Shown: in pieces, positions 35,765-45,330 of the stretch
How the letters are laid out: every line of letters begins with the position of its first letter
Position numbering within the stretch: the first letter of the stretch is position 1
From: a virus
Lineage: Duplodnaviria > Caudoviricetes
Strand: one strand, 5' to 3'
DNA length: 51,123 nucleotides
IMG/VR virus record: IMGVR_UViG_3300042518_000793
Location: 1 to 51,123 of that record
Program-made: the position numbers and the translations under genes
Notes under the pieces: model-generated
Databases searched by the model: none
The model's input: only the letters and a program-made list of their open reading frames with translations
What the model was told of the DNA's origin: nothing

Positions 35765-36370
35765 TTAGGCGCTGGCGAGGATGATGCTCCCGCGCGCCGG
35801 ATTGGCTCCCGCCCCTGTCCTCCAGAGGCCGGCGCTTGATATCTTCTTGGCGTCCGCGCTTGTCTTCCGGTGCGCCGTGATGCCGTCCCGCGCCGCGACG
35901 TGACGCATGGCTTGAAACACGTCATCCGATGAACGGCGCTCCAAGACCTCGTTACGCAGCTCCCGCTCCTTGTTCTGCCGAGCAAGCTCGACGTCCGCAA
36001 GGAACTTCTCGGGGCCGGTGCGCACCAAAGACGACTTTTGAATCCACGGAATGAGCCGTGAGTCCTCGATGGAAAGCGGCGCCGTGTCGGGGTCCGTGGG
36101 GTCTTCCCGCCACTCGCCCCAAACCCACGGCACCGTCTCCATCTCCGTGATGCGCTGAACTCCGAAGTGCTTGACCACCTGCACCTTGCGGAGCGTCGCC
36201 ACGACCCAGCACCCGCGCTCGGGGTCAAATGCGACGCGAAGGCCGTCGTCACCCGTCCCTTCTCGGACACGACGCGAGTACGTCGTATTCCAGTCGAGTG
36301 CCCGGATCTTGGCCCAGCCCTCCTCGTGGAGCATGACCGGGGGTGGCGCTGCGGAGTTCAGTACGATCAC
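35765..36370 (-). CDS. Hypothetical protein (virion module)
   Basis: AAGGA RBS; between capsid and adaptor genes. Confidence 0.65.
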   Translation of the reverse strand: MIVLNSAAPPPVMLHEEGWAKIRALDWNTTYSRRVREGTGDDGLRVAFDPERGCWVVATLRKVQVVKHFGVQRITEMETVPWVWGEWREDPTDPDTAPLSIEDSRLIPWIQKSSLVRTGPEKFLADVELARQNKERELRNEVLERRSSDDVFQAMRHVAARDGITAHRKTSADAKKISSAGLWRTGAGANPARGSIILASA

Positions 36371-36380
36371 GCGTTCGTCC

Positions 36381-37037
36381 TTACGGCCACGGGTTGACGA
36401 GCACGCGCCCACGCCCCGCCGTCTTCACCTTGCGGTGATAGGCGAGCTGGAGCGAGTGGAAGTACAGATCCTCAGACATGTCCGTGTCCTTGGTGTCCAT
36501 CTCCACCGCAAGAAGCAGCGTGTTCGCGCCGTTGCTGATGCTGCCCGCGTTGATCTTGCCGCCACGGGTGCCCGCCAGCGTGTACGCCGTCGCCACCGGG
36601 ACCGCATCGGACGGGACCACCGTGTTGAGCGCCGTGGTCACGGTCGCGGTCAGGGCGTCGTTGTTGACGCTGATGACCTTGTACGTGACCTTCCAGAGCA
36701 CCGTGTCAGCCGTGTCCGTGGAGCCACTGGCCCACCGAACGCGGACGTAGCACGGCTTCCCCTCGTCGAAGTCAGGCGGCACGTCCCACGAGGTGTGACA
36801 GAGGTCGCCGTCCGTGTTCATCAGAACGCCCGACACTCCGAGGGTGCTGATTTCCTGAAGACGGATCGACGCGTCGTTGGTGCCGGATTGCAGCGCGGAG
36901 AACCCCGCGTCGAAAGCCGCCTTGCTCGCGAGTGCAGCGTCGCCGCTCACGATGCCCGACGGGATGAAATCAAAGTCCTTGCCCCGGAGCGTGACGTACT
37001 CCAGGGACTGACTCAGGTTGGCGGTATCGATTGGCAT
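36381..37037 (-). CDS. Putative head decoration / minor capsid protein
   Basis: Directly downstream of MCP; GGAGG RBS; beta-rich. Confidence 0.55.
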   Translation of the reverse strand: MPIDTANLSQSLEYVTLRGKDFDFIPSGIVSGDAALASKAAFDAGFSALQSGTNDASIRLQEISTLGVSGVLMNTDGDLCHTSWDVPPDFDEGKPCYVRVRWASGSTDTADTVLWKVTYKVISVNNDALTATVTTALNTVVPSDAVPVATAYTLAGTRGGKINAGSISNGANTLLLAVEMDTKDTDMSEDLYFHSLQLAYHRKVKTAGRGRVLVNPWP

Positions 37038-37060
37038 GGTGAAGCCCTCCTACGCGCCGA

Positions 37061-38293
37061 TTAGGCGTTCAGCGAGTAGTTGAGGTCCTTGAGCACGCCC
37101 GCGCTATTCCGCATGCGGGTGCCGAGGTTGAAGTACTTGCGGAACGTCGCCTCGTAATTGGGCTTGTCCACGACGCGGCTCAGAACGGCCCCGTCCTTGT
37201 CCATCCAGCCCCACGGTTGAAGCGTGAACTGCTTGATGTACTTCATGTTGAGGAAGTAGATCGCGCCGAGCGTGCACTGCCGATCCGTGAAGATCTCGAT
37301 GGGCTTGTCGAAGCCCGCGAAGGTGAGCTTCTCGACGCCGCCCTCCAGCTTCTGCGGCTGGTAGCGCACGTCCTGGACGAGCAAGTCGGTGTACTCCCGG
37401 CGCATCGAGTCATGCATGATGACCTTGTTCGGGGCGAAACCCGACTTGCGCTTGACCTGGTCGCACGTCGCGAACATGAGGCGCAGTTCGAGGTTTCGCG
37501 GCGTGCCGCCGTTGTCGTTCACGACGCCGGCCCAGCCCGGGTAGTTGCCCGTGTCGACGCTTTGAAAGTTGTCGTCTTCGTCGTTGACGATGTACGACAG
37601 CCCGTTGATTTCGTTGGTGTAGCCGTGGTTCGCAACGGCGGTGCCATCGCCGCGAACGACGATGTCGTCATCCGCGAGGGTGACAGACGACGTGGACGTG
37701 ATGGTCACGCCGTCGTCCGAGACGGTGGCGACCGTGAGCAGGACCGGCGTGCCGGTGCCCGTCAGCTCGGCGCTCGTGCCGACCACCAGGGTCTGCCCTG
37801 GCTCGATGTTGTGATTGTCATCGAGAACGATGGTGGTCGTGGCCGAGACCACGCCATTGACCTGCGTGATGGGGCCGGTGTTCGTGTTGCTCGACAGCTT
37901 GTTGCCGTAGAGCTGGCGGTTGATGTCGTACTTCAGGGACTCGATGGCCCCGTCCATCTCCATCGTAACTGCCTCGACGAAGGACCCACGGTCGTTCGAC
38001 GCGGCGCTGATGAGGGTGTCCTCGATCTCGAACCGGCTGAAAAGGCGCTTCGCGCTGATGATCGAGTCCTCGGTCGCGACGTAGCCAGCGGTCGGGAGCG
38101 ACGTGTTACGAGCGCCGGCACCGTTGTTGCGCGCCACCTTCACGGGGAAAACGACTCGCTTACCGGTGAACTTGGTCTGGTCCTGCTCCGTCTCGTTCAG
38201 GAGCGGGTGGGACTCGTTGATGATGGTCTCCACCGGACCGATGTAGTTGTCCTTCAGGATCGCATCGGCGGTGGTCGTGGTCTGTACGGCCAT
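37061..38293 (-). CDS. Major capsid protein (HK97 fold)
   Basis: DAILK..Y...G....FPV...RN.G, SF..AV..EM, D.NRQLYG, EINGL..IV motifs; follows scaffold. Confidence 0.9.
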   Translation of the reverse strand: MAVQTTTTADAILKDNYIGPVETIINESHPLLNETEQDQTKFTGKRVVFPVKVARNNGAGARNTSLPTAGYVATEDSIISAKRLFSRFEIEDTLISAASNDRGSFVEAVTMEMDGAIESLKYDINRQLYGNKLSSNTNTGPITQVNGVVSATTTIVLDDNHNIEPGQTLVVGTSAELTGTGTPVLLTVATVSDDGVTITSTSSVTLADDDIVVRGDGTAVANHGYTNEINGLSYIVNDEDDNFQSVDTGNYPGWAGVVNDNGGTPRNLELRLMFATCDQVKRKSGFAPNKVIMHDSMRREYTDLLVQDVRYQPQKLEGGVEKLTFAGFDKPIEIFTDRQCTLGAIYFLNMKYIKQFTLQPWGWMDKDGAVLSRVVDKPNYEATFRKYFNLGTRMRNSAGVLKDLNYSLNA

Positions 38294-38303
38294 GATGTCT
38301 ACC

Positions 38304-39260
38304 TCAGTAGTTCATTGCGGCACGCCGAGCTTCTTCGAGCGTGCGGATCTTGATGGCCGGTGCCACTACGGCAGCCGCGCCCCCGGGAGGAGGCCGGGGC
38401 GGTGCCGGTCGCGGCGGTGCAGCCACGGGCGCAGGTTGCGCCGCAGGTGCACGCGCCGGGACTGGCCCGGGGCGGCTCTCGCCAAAACGATGTTGCAGGA
38501 TGATGGCCGCGTCCTCGACCGTAAGGCCGGGGTTGCTTTTGACCATGTCCCAGAGCTTCCCCGCGTGTTCGCGGTTGCCCAAGACCGGGTACTTGCCTTT
38601 GGCAGCCTCCCAGTCCTTGCGAAGGTCAGCCTCGATAGCCGACGCCTTGGCGCTCAGCTTCTCGGTCTCGCGCTCTTGCTTGATGGCGTCGAGTTCAGTC
38701 TTCAGCGCCTTGAACTCGGCCATCTCGCGGCGCAGGGCGGCGAGTTGCTGCAACGCCGGGTCACCGTAGTCGTCTTCGGCGTACTCGGGCTCAGCGGCGG
38801 CTTGTGGCGCGGCGGGTTGCGCCTTCTGCTGTTGGAGGTACTCGACGACCTGCTGAAGCTGGTCACGCAGCAAACCGACCTCAGCCTCGGCACGCATGCG
38901 GGCTTGGGTCTCGCTGTCGGCCTTCGCGCGGAAGTGCTTGACCAGTCCGAAGTCAGGCTTGGCCGCTTCGACCTTGGGCTCCTCGGTGGGCTCGGCGTCG
39001 CCTTCGGGCGTCTTGCCTTCGGGTGCCGGGGGATCTTCGCCACGAGCCGCCGCTTCGGTGATAGCCGCCGCCGCCGCAATCTGCGCCATCGGGTCGGCGG
39101 GTAGCGCCGGTGCAGCCGGGGCCGCATCACCGGACGCCACGTCGGGCGCGTAGTCTGCGGCCATCGCGTTACGCGTGGCTTCTGCGAGGGTCTTGGCCGT
39201 GCGAGCCGGTGCAGCAGGAGCCGCAGCGGGGGCAGGGGTGGTGGTGACGGTCTCGGACAT
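38304..39260 (-). CDS. Capsid scaffolding protein
   Basis: Acidic Ala/Pro-rich with coiled coils, ends TLEEARRAA; between portal and MCP. Confidence 0.8.
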   Translation of the reverse strand: MSETVTTTPAPAAAPAAPARTAKTLAEATRNAMAADYAPDVASGDAAPAAPALPADPMAQIAAAAAITEAAARGEDPPAPEGKTPEGDAEPTEEPKVEAAKPDFGLVKHFRAKADSETQARMRAEAEVGLLRDQLQQVVEYLQQQKAQPAAPQAAAEPEYAEDDYGDPALQQLAALRREMAEFKALKTELDAIKQERETEKLSAKASAIEADLRKDWEAAKGKYPVLGNREHAGKLWDMVKSNPGLTVEDAAIILQHRFGESRPGPVPARAPAAQPAPVAAPPRPAPPRPPPGGAAAVVAPAIKIRTLEEARRAAMNY

Positions 39261-39278
39261 GGGGCTAAGCTCCTGCGC

Positions 39279-39302
39279 GTCTCGCGCGTCTCATATTGAG
39301 AA
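39279..39302. promoter_or_regulatory. Late-region palindromic site (TCTCA-TAT-TGAGA) upstream of scaffold/MCP
   Basis: 23/24 inverted match to 42279-42302; minus-strand TTGACA about 15 bp upstream. Confidence 0.65.
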
Positions 39303-39325
39303 CGACGGCGTGCGGTCTTGTCAAG

Positions 39326-41623
39326 CTACATCCCTGAATTGAGGTCGAGCGGCGGCACGCCGGGACCACGAACGGACGGCATCCCCGACTCCATCGGCAG
39401 CGGTTGCGCGTTCTCCATGCCCACCGCCATTGGGACCGGGGTAGGGCCAAACACGTCGAGTGGCATGCCCGTGGCGGGGTCCACCATCGTCGCCGGGTCC
39501 GTCGGTGCGACGGCCATCGGCGCTTCGACGGGGATGGTGGGTTGCGGCTGCGGCGGCGGGGACACCTTGGCCGCGACGTCGGGGGCGTACTCGCGCCACC
39601 ACTCGTAGCCTTGACGCAGCCCTGACAGGTAGCCCTCGTGCTCGGCAAGGTGACGGACGGCCCACTGATAACGCTCCACCTCGGCCTCCCGAAGGGCGTC
39701 GCTCATCAGGAGAGACTTGATCTCTCGAATGTGCGCCGCGTGATCCTCGTACGGCTCAGCCTTGACCGGGCTCGGCGGCGGGAGGTTCGGGTCAGCCGCC
39801 GGCATGATGGGCGCGGTCAGAATCTGATAGTTCTCCTCGCGCTGATAGCGGACCTCTTGATCGGCCTCGCCTTGAATGCGCCCCGGCGTCCCGAACTCCA
39901 TCTCTTGGAGAACGCGGTTCCGCGCTTCAGGGTCGTTCACGACGTCGCCGTACATGCCCATGTTGGCGAGCATCAGCACAGTTTCGCGGTTCACGCTCGG
40001 GTGACGTACCGCCATCGAGCCGGGAAGCACGCGGACGTTCGTGGTGCTGATGTCCTCAGACTGGAACGACAGCACTTCGAGCTTGCTGCCCTTGCCCATC
40101 ACTTGGATGGTGGTCTCGACGGGCATGTAGTCGCGCCAGAGCTTCAGAAGCATCGAGCCCGTGACGCTGAACGCCTCTTCGAGTTCGCGCGTCGTCGGAG
40201 CCAGCTTCGTGGCGTCCAGCTCGGCCATCCATTGCGCCGCGCGTCCGCTGATAGCCGCCGGGACAATGCCTTGCGTGATCTCGTTGATGCCCGAGATTTC
40301 GCGGATGTGCTGGATGGCCGCCGCTTCGAGCGCTTCGTGCTGCGGGCTCACCTGCGGAGACTGGATAGGTTGCGGCGGCACCGTGCCGGGGTTGTAGAAC
40401 ACCGTTTCGCCGGGCTCAGACGTGAGCACGCCTGCGTCAATTGAGCCCTTCATCACGGCCCACTTCGGTGCGCCGTTCAGTTCGACGACTTCGAGCCGCT
40501 TGCTAATTTGGCCGTTCAGCATGTCCTGCACCGGGCGCACGACGTCGACCATGCCCTGACCGAACAGCTTCCCGGGAATCGAGTTGTACCGCACGATCAC
40601 GAAAGGCAGCCGCCCGCACGGGAGGCCTTCGTACTCTTCGAGCAGCACGTTGCCCGCCGTGACCGCGTAGTAGCCCCGGGGGTGACGCGGGCTCGGGCGC
40701 TCGTAGTAGAAGACGACCCGGCAGCGGTCGAGCGTCAGGTCTTGCGATGACCCGGAGTCTGATCGGATGTCGGCGAGCAGCGTGGCCGCGATGTTGTCGC
40801 CGCCCATCGCACGGTCACACGTCACGAACTCGGCCATCGTGGGCCAGCGGTCGCGGATGACGTCGATGTGAAGCCAGCGGATCTCGGCGGCCCATTGGCA
40901 ATCGGACAGGTCCTTACGCGCCGCGCCGGGGTCGAAGACCATCGAGAACGGCGGCACTACCTCGACCGTCGGGAAGCCCATCGCGTGGTGCGTGCCGGGC
41001 GGTCCCTCGAAAAGCTCGTCCGCGCTCTCGGGCTCGGCCATCGGCATCGGCTCCGAAGGGTCCGCGCCGAAAGGCAAGCCGGGCGCTTTGTGCTCCGTGT
41101 CCGCGTCAGGACCGCCCATCGTATCGGTCGCCGCCGAATCGAAATCCACCCGGAGGATACCGACGCCCGTGATGAGCGCCCATTTCATCAGCTCTTGAGT
41201 CTTGCTGCCCATCGTGAGCTGGTGCCAGAGGTACTCTAGCAGCTTCTCGGACGCGCGAGCACTCTCGGTGTCCTCTTCGTCGTCGGTCTGCGGCGTGACA
41301 AGCCACCCGGGCTGGTGCTGCGTCAGCTTCGCAACGGCGGTGTCCACGGCGGGCCTGATGTAGTTCAGGACCATGTGGATTTCCCAGGGGTCAGCCGGGA
41401 TGTCCCGAAGCCGCTGAAGCCCGCGCGAGTACTCAATCCATTGCCGCCCGGTGTAGTACGCGACGCACTCCCACGCGGTCGCGATGAACGACTCGCGCGC
41501 CGCTTCGCCCGACTTCACGAGACGGTCGATGGCCGCAATGGTCTTCGCCGTCCGCGTGTCGGGGCTATACGTCTGGCGTGGCTGACGCTCGCTGTACCAG
41601 TCGGCAACGGGTGACGTGCTCAC
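39326..41623 (-). CDS. Portal protein (P22-like)
   Basis: YY.G.QW, LNYIRP, G.G.LRV, PF...RY, G.GMV...RP.QD..N, I..ISG..E motifs. Confidence 0.9.
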   Translation of the reverse strand: MSTSPVADWYSERQPRQTYSPDTRTAKTIAAIDRLVKSGEAARESFIATAWECVAYYTGRQWIEYSRGLQRLRDIPADPWEIHMVLNYIRPAVDTAVAKLTQHQPGWLVTPQTDDEEDTESARASEKLLEYLWHQLTMGSKTQELMKWALITGVGILRVDFDSAATDTMGGPDADTEHKAPGLPFGADPSEPMPMAEPESADELFEGPPGTHHAMGFPTVEVVPPFSMVFDPGAARKDLSDCQWAAEIRWLHIDVIRDRWPTMAEFVTCDRAMGGDNIAATLLADIRSDSGSSQDLTLDRCRVVFYYERPSPRHPRGYYAVTAGNVLLEEYEGLPCGRLPFVIVRYNSIPGKLFGQGMVDVVRPVQDMLNGQISKRLEVVELNGAPKWAVMKGSIDAGVLTSEPGETVFYNPGTVPPQPIQSPQVSPQHEALEAAAIQHIREISGINEITQGIVPAAISGRAAQWMAELDATKLAPTTRELEEAFSVTGSMLLKLWRDYMPVETTIQVMGKGSKLEVLSFQSEDISTTNVRVLPGSMAVRHPSVNRETVLMLANMGMYGDVVNDPEARNRVLQEMEFGTPGRIQGEADQEVRYQREENYQILTAPIMPAADPNLPPPSPVKAEPYEDHAAHIREIKSLLMSDALREAEVERYQWAVRHLAEHEGYLSGLRQGYEWWREYAPDVAAKVSPPPQPQPTIPVEAPMAVAPTDPATMVDPATGMPLDVFGPTPVPMAVGMENAQPLPMESGMPSVRGPGVPPLDLNSGM

Positions 41624-41901
41624 GCGCCGTAACCTCGACCCGGGCTCGGCATCGGGCGGCCCTGCGGCATCGAGAGGCCCGCGAGCAGTGCAGCCAGCGA
41701 CCCGCCAGGACCCTTCTGACGCCGAAGCGCATGAAGCTGGATAGACGACGTGTCAGGACGCTGCGCCATGGCTTGCGCCGGCTCGCCTGCCGTCATTTCC
41801 CGCATCTTCGCGATGGCCTGCGCCCGCGCGTCGTCGTCGCTCTGACGCATCGTGTCGTAACCCGGGGTCTCGTCCATCTTGCTCTTGAACATGGGAATCA
41901 T
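41620..41901 (-). CDS. Hypothetical small protein
   Basis: Coupled; Met/Gln/Pro-rich. Confidence 0.55.
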   Translation of the reverse strand: MIPMFKSKMDETPGYDTMRQSDDDARAQAIAKMREMTAGEPAQAMAQRPDTSSIQLHALRRQKGPGGSLAALLAGLSMPQGRPMPSPGRGYGA

Positions 41902-42149
41902 AGGCCCAGCTTCCCTCTCAGGCTCTGGATGGCCTGAAGTCGTGTGTCATTGGGGTCGATGCCGCCACCGGTTGCCCCAGGGTCGAAGTTGACCGGCTGC
42001 CGTGACGCCATCGGCTGACGCTGCATCGGCTGAAACTCAGGCTTCGGGCGCTCGGGTGGGGTCTTCGCGGTGGTCGAGCCGCCTTGACCGGCACTCATGG
42101 CGGTGCCGATGAGGCTTGGTATCAATCCAAGTAGCGCTTGCCACATCAC
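41898..42149 (-). CDS. Small protein with Gly-rich hydrophobic N-terminus
   Basis: MWQALLGLIPSLIGTAMSAGQGG; coupled. Confidence 0.6.
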   Translation of the reverse strand: MMWQALLGLIPSLIGTAMSAGQGGSTTAKTPPERPKPEFQPMQRQPMASRQPVNFDPGATGGGIDPNDTRLQAIQSLRGKLGL

Positions 42150-42373
42150 GTCACCTTCGCTGCGCGCTTTCGGCGCTCTTCCACAGCCCGCTCAAAGGCG
42201 GCGCGGTGATGAACCTCGAACCGTTGCCACGCTTCGTCGTGCGGGGCGACGCTCTCAGCCTGCACCACTTCGGGCGCTTTCTCAATATGAGACGTGCGAG
42301 ACTCGCGACGCAAGACCGCCCAGACGGACAGCGCAAGCGACGCGACGGACAAAATCAGCGAGAACCAAACCAT
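42146..42373 (-). CDS. Small N-terminal TM protein
   Basis: MVWFSLILSVASLALSVWAVL; GGAG RBS. Confidence 0.6.
   Translation of the reverse strand: MVWFSLILSVASLALSVWAVLRRESRTSHIEKAPEVVQAESVAPHDEAWQRFEVHHRAAFERAVEERRKRAAKVT
42279..42302. promoter_or_regulatory. Late-region palindromic site (TCTCA-ATA-TGAGA)
   Basis: Inverted near-copy of 39279-39302, embedded in a CDS. Confidence 0.55.
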
Positions 42374-44244
42374 CGGTTTCTCCGTTCGGGGCGGCTCAGC
42401 GACTCCCGGTAATCAATGTTGTTGGGGTCGTTGCGAACCACCGTGATCTCGATGGGCGCGGGGAGGATGCGGTCGCCGGCAAGAGCGAGAGCCGATGCGA
42501 TGATGAGGTCCGAGCGCTTGCCCGCGATGTGGTCCATGCGCCCGTTCTCGTCGTAGACCAGCGTTCGGCACTCGGCTTGAAAGCGCGGGGAGTGCGCCAC
42601 AAGCGTCCCCTGCACCAGTGCCGCGCGCCATGCCGTAAGCAGCGTCGGTCGCGTGCTCTGGTTCGTCTCGTGCCCATAGATGGACGTCCACGCGTCGGGG
42701 CGAGCGCCGTCGTGGTTCGTCGGGTGAACGCGCGTGAAGATGCGCGGGTAGCCGAGGTCAAGCAGCTTGCGAATCGTGGCAATGCCTTGGTTGTTGCACT
42801 CGGGGACCGCCATGGCGGGACCGCTCTCGCCGCCGTAGAGCCGCCCTATCGCGTCAAGCTGCACCCCGAGCTCGTCAGGCGTGATGTCCTCGCCGTGGAA
42901 CTCGGCCACGATGCGACGGGTCACGCGGTCAAGTACTTGAATGGCGCTCGCGTCAGGGCCACCACCTCCCGCGACGTCGCACCCAATGGCGTAGCGGTCA
43001 CGCCACGACCACACCGGCTCCGCGTAGATGCGCCAGTAGCGCCCCGGGTTGGCGATGGCCGCGCGCCACTGGTCGGGTTGGCGACGCTTGTCGCCAGGGG
43101 TTGCCATCGGGAGGCACCCGGCCCAGATGGGCGTCGGGACCTCGGGCTCTGCGATGGACTCCACCACGGACGGCGGGAGCACCGGACGCCCCGACGCCGC
43201 AAACGCGTGCGCCGGGGACAGCGGGAACTCCTGATCGACGATCACGATGTCGCGGTTCTTCTCGTTCCACTTGCCGACGTACCACCGAACCTGCGGCGGG
43301 GTGAGGTTGTACTCGACGGCGCGCGGGGCGAAGAGGTCAGCCGCTTCGGCGTCGAACTTGCCCGCCGATGTAATGAACACGCCCGAGGTCTTCCACGCTT
43401 CGACGGGGTCCGATGCCGCTGCGATGGCCGCGACCATCTCGGCATCGCCGGGGCGAAGCGGGTAGATGTGTTTGCGGGCGGTCTGCCATGGGAAGAAGAG
43501 CGGCGTCCACCCTGACTCGCCGGTTGAGGCACGCTGCCACCGCTCGTAGAACGAGCCCTGCTGTCCGTTCGCCGTGGACTCGATGATGGCAATGGTTCCC
43601 GGTGCCGCGCGCTCTCCGTCGGTTTCAAGCGCGTCCAGCGTCGCCGCGATAGACTCCTCAGCCGTGCTCGAGCGCCGCCCGTGGTCCCAAAGACCCACCT
43701 CGGACATGTGAAGCAGCGACGGGCTCGACCCACGAGCGGCGTGGTCAGAGCGCTGCGTCTGCACCGACATCGTCGACCCGTTGGCCCAGACGATGCCGCC
43801 CTCTTTCGGCGTGGCTCCCATGTAGGGCCGGAACAGCTCAGGCAGGTTCTTCGCCATGTCCACGCCCATGCGCGCGATGACGCGAGTAGACGGGGCGATG
43901 TGCGCGATGGTCACGGACTGCCAGCCGGGACGAAAGCAGCCGAACCAGAACGCGAGCGCCTGAACGACCGTTGAGATACCAAGCTTGCGGGCCTTCAGAA
44001 CGATGATGCGGGAGCCCCGACCCTCCGCTTCGTCCCGAAGAATGGTGTCCACCACCGCTCGTTGCTCGTCGTTGAGCCGTAACGGGATGATGCGCCACCG
44101 CTTCGCCTTGCTCTTGCGCGTCGGGGCGTCGTCGTCCTCGTCGTCCGCGAGCGCACGGATGCGCACGCACAACTCGCAGAACGCCTCGAAGTCGTCCCGG
44201 AGATGCGCTAAGACTTCGACGGCTTCGGGCGAGAGTGCTCCCAC
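42355..44244 (-). CDS. terL: Terminase large subunit
   Basis: LKARKLGIST Walker A, LHMSEVG Walker B, IESTANG, IGCDVAGG..D.S, PECNN.G, SDLIIA. Confidence 0.95.
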   Translation of the reverse strand: MGALSPEAVEVLAHLRDDFEAFCELCVRIRALADDEDDDAPTRKSKAKRWRIIPLRLNDEQRAVVDTILRDEAEGRGSRIIVLKARKLGISTVVQALAFWFGCFRPGWQSVTIAHIAPSTRVIARMGVDMAKNLPELFRPYMGATPKEGGIVWANGSTMSVQTQRSDHAARGSSPSLLHMSEVGLWDHGRRSSTAEESIAATLDALETDGERAAPGTIAIIESTANGQQGSFYERWQRASTGESGWTPLFFPWQTARKHIYPLRPGDAEMVAAIAAASDPVEAWKTSGVFITSAGKFDAEAADLFAPRAVEYNLTPPQVRWYVGKWNEKNRDIVIVDQEFPLSPAHAFAASGRPVLPPSVVESIAEPEVPTPIWAGCLPMATPGDKRRQPDQWRAAIANPGRYWRIYAEPVWSWRDRYAIGCDVAGGGGPDASAIQVLDRVTRRIVAEFHGEDITPDELGVQLDAIGRLYGGESGPAMAVPECNNQGIATIRKLLDLGYPRIFTRVHPTNHDGARPDAWTSIYGHETNQSTRPTLLTAWRAALVQGTLVAHSPRFQAECRTLVYDENGRMDHIAGKRSDLIIASALALAGDRILPAPIEITVVRNDPNNIDYRESLSRPERRNRWFGSR

Positions 44245-44669
44245 TGGTAGCGCTTCTCCGCTTTGGTGAGGGGCTTCTCAACGAGGTCGGCTGACCCGTT
44301 GCGCGCAGACCGGAACGCAAGCGCGTCTTGCATCTGCCGCCACGCTTGCGCCTGCATCGCGTCGTCGCTCTTCTTCTGCTCCACATCGCTCGCGCGAGCG
44401 ATGATCTCCATTTGCGCGCGGCGAGCTTCGGACACGGCCTTGAGGTCAAGCGCGGCTTGCCGCTTCTCGTCACCGTCAAGCGCGTTTTCCAATGCCCACC
44501 GCTTGGCCTCAATGTCCGCGCAAAGCATGCGCGCGACCCAGATAGCTTCCGATTCGCCGTCCTGCCGCTCGCGGTCAAGCCATGCCTGCACGCGCGTGGA
44601 CAGCCCGGCCACGGGCACCGCGTCAAGTTCGTCGTTGTTGCGTTTGCGGGGCACGTCGGCCAGTCTCAT
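44208..44669 (-). CDS. Putative terminase small subunit (alternative GTG start 44654)
   Basis: Immediately upstream of and overlapping TerL; helical, about 150 aa. Confidence 0.55.
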   Translation of the reverse strand: MRLADVPRKRNNDELDAVPVAGLSTRVQAWLDRERQDGESEAIWVARMLCADIEAKRWALENALDGDEKRQAALDLKAVSEARRAQMEIIARASDVEQKKSDDAMQAQAWRQMQDALAFRSARNGSADLVEKPLTKAEKRYQWEHSRPKPSKS

Positions 44670-44677
44670 CTTGAGAC
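44663..44677. promoter_or_regulatory. Palindrome GTCTCA-TCT-TGAGAC at the TerS / RHH divergent junction
   Basis: Perfect 6-bp arms; minus-strand TTGACG immediately upstream. Confidence 0.65.
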
Positions 44678-44716
44678 ACCGCCGCGTCAACATCCAAGCG
44701 GCGAAAGGATGACCCC

Positions 44717-45163
44717 GTGACCCACGCCTCCCGCAAAGAGCGGCACGCCCCGGTTGAGCCCGTCGATGTTGCTCTGCCCGCCGCCGTGACCCTGCCCGCC
44801 ACCGTGACCCTCTCCGTGCCCAGCGACATGCCCGCGCTCATCGGCGTTCTTGCCAAGCGCCTGCTCGTTGACCCAGAGGACCTGCTCTCGCTCTGCATCG
44901 CCTTCGCGGTAGGGCAGGCGCGGTCGCAAGGCTTCGCCCGCCACGACCTGCCGCCGCAGCCCGAAGGGGGTTATGCGGGCTCATTTGTCGTCTCGCGGGA
45001 CTGGTACGACCACCATGCGCTTCGAGCTGCGACCGTCGGGTGTTCCGTCGGAGTTCTCGCCTCGACCACGCTGCGGGAGCTCGCGGGATGGCTCGGGCGC
45101 TCGCCCAAGATTCGGCTGCGGGGACGCTCGCTCATCGAGCAGGGCCTAACTCGAAAGGCGTAG
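44717..45163 (+). CDS. Putative tandem ribbon-helix-helix regulator
   Basis: Two beta-helix-helix units (VTLSVPSD...LAKR...EDLL; SFVVSRD...RAAT.G.SV..L); AAAGGA RBS. Confidence 0.5.
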   Translation: MTHASRKERHAPVEPVDVALPAAVTLPATVTLSVPSDMPALIGVLAKRLLVDPEDLLSLCIAFAVGQARSQGFARHDLPPQPEGGYAGSFVVSRDWYDHHALRAATVGCSVGVLASTTLRELAGWLGRSPKIRLRGRSLIEQGLTRKA

Positions 45164-45231
45164 TCAGTGCGCGCGCGGGCGCGGGACGGTTGGAAACCGT
45201 GACTACTTGGTCATGCTTCTGTTTTGATAGC

Positions 45232-45266
45232 GTGTCAGTTTTGACACAACGTGTCTGTTCTGACAC
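45232..45266. promoter_or_regulatory. Tandem palindromes GTGTCAGTTTTGACAC / GTGTCTGTTCTGACAC
   Basis: Two 16-bp near-identical dyads 3 bp apart in an AT-richer convergent intergenic region. Confidence 0.6.
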
Positions 45267-45272
45267 AGCCCC

Positions 45273-45313
45273 AAACGACGAAAGCCCCGAGGCGAACCCC
45301 GAGGCTTTCGTTT
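45273..45313 (-). terminator. Intrinsic terminator hairpin, possibly bidirectional
   Basis: Minus-strand 15-bp stem ACGAAAGCCTCGGGG-TTCG-CCTCGGGGCTTTCGT (G-U pairs) after 45331-45522. Confidence 0.7.
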
Positions 45314-45330
45314 GGCGCTTTCGCCCTGGC

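Noticed and set aside
20627-44269. Many long plus-strand ORFs (e.g. 21853-23388, 25126-26547, 29316-30542, 37217-38353, 42097-43515)
   Set aside because: Antisense shadows of virion genes expected at high GC; no recognisable motifs
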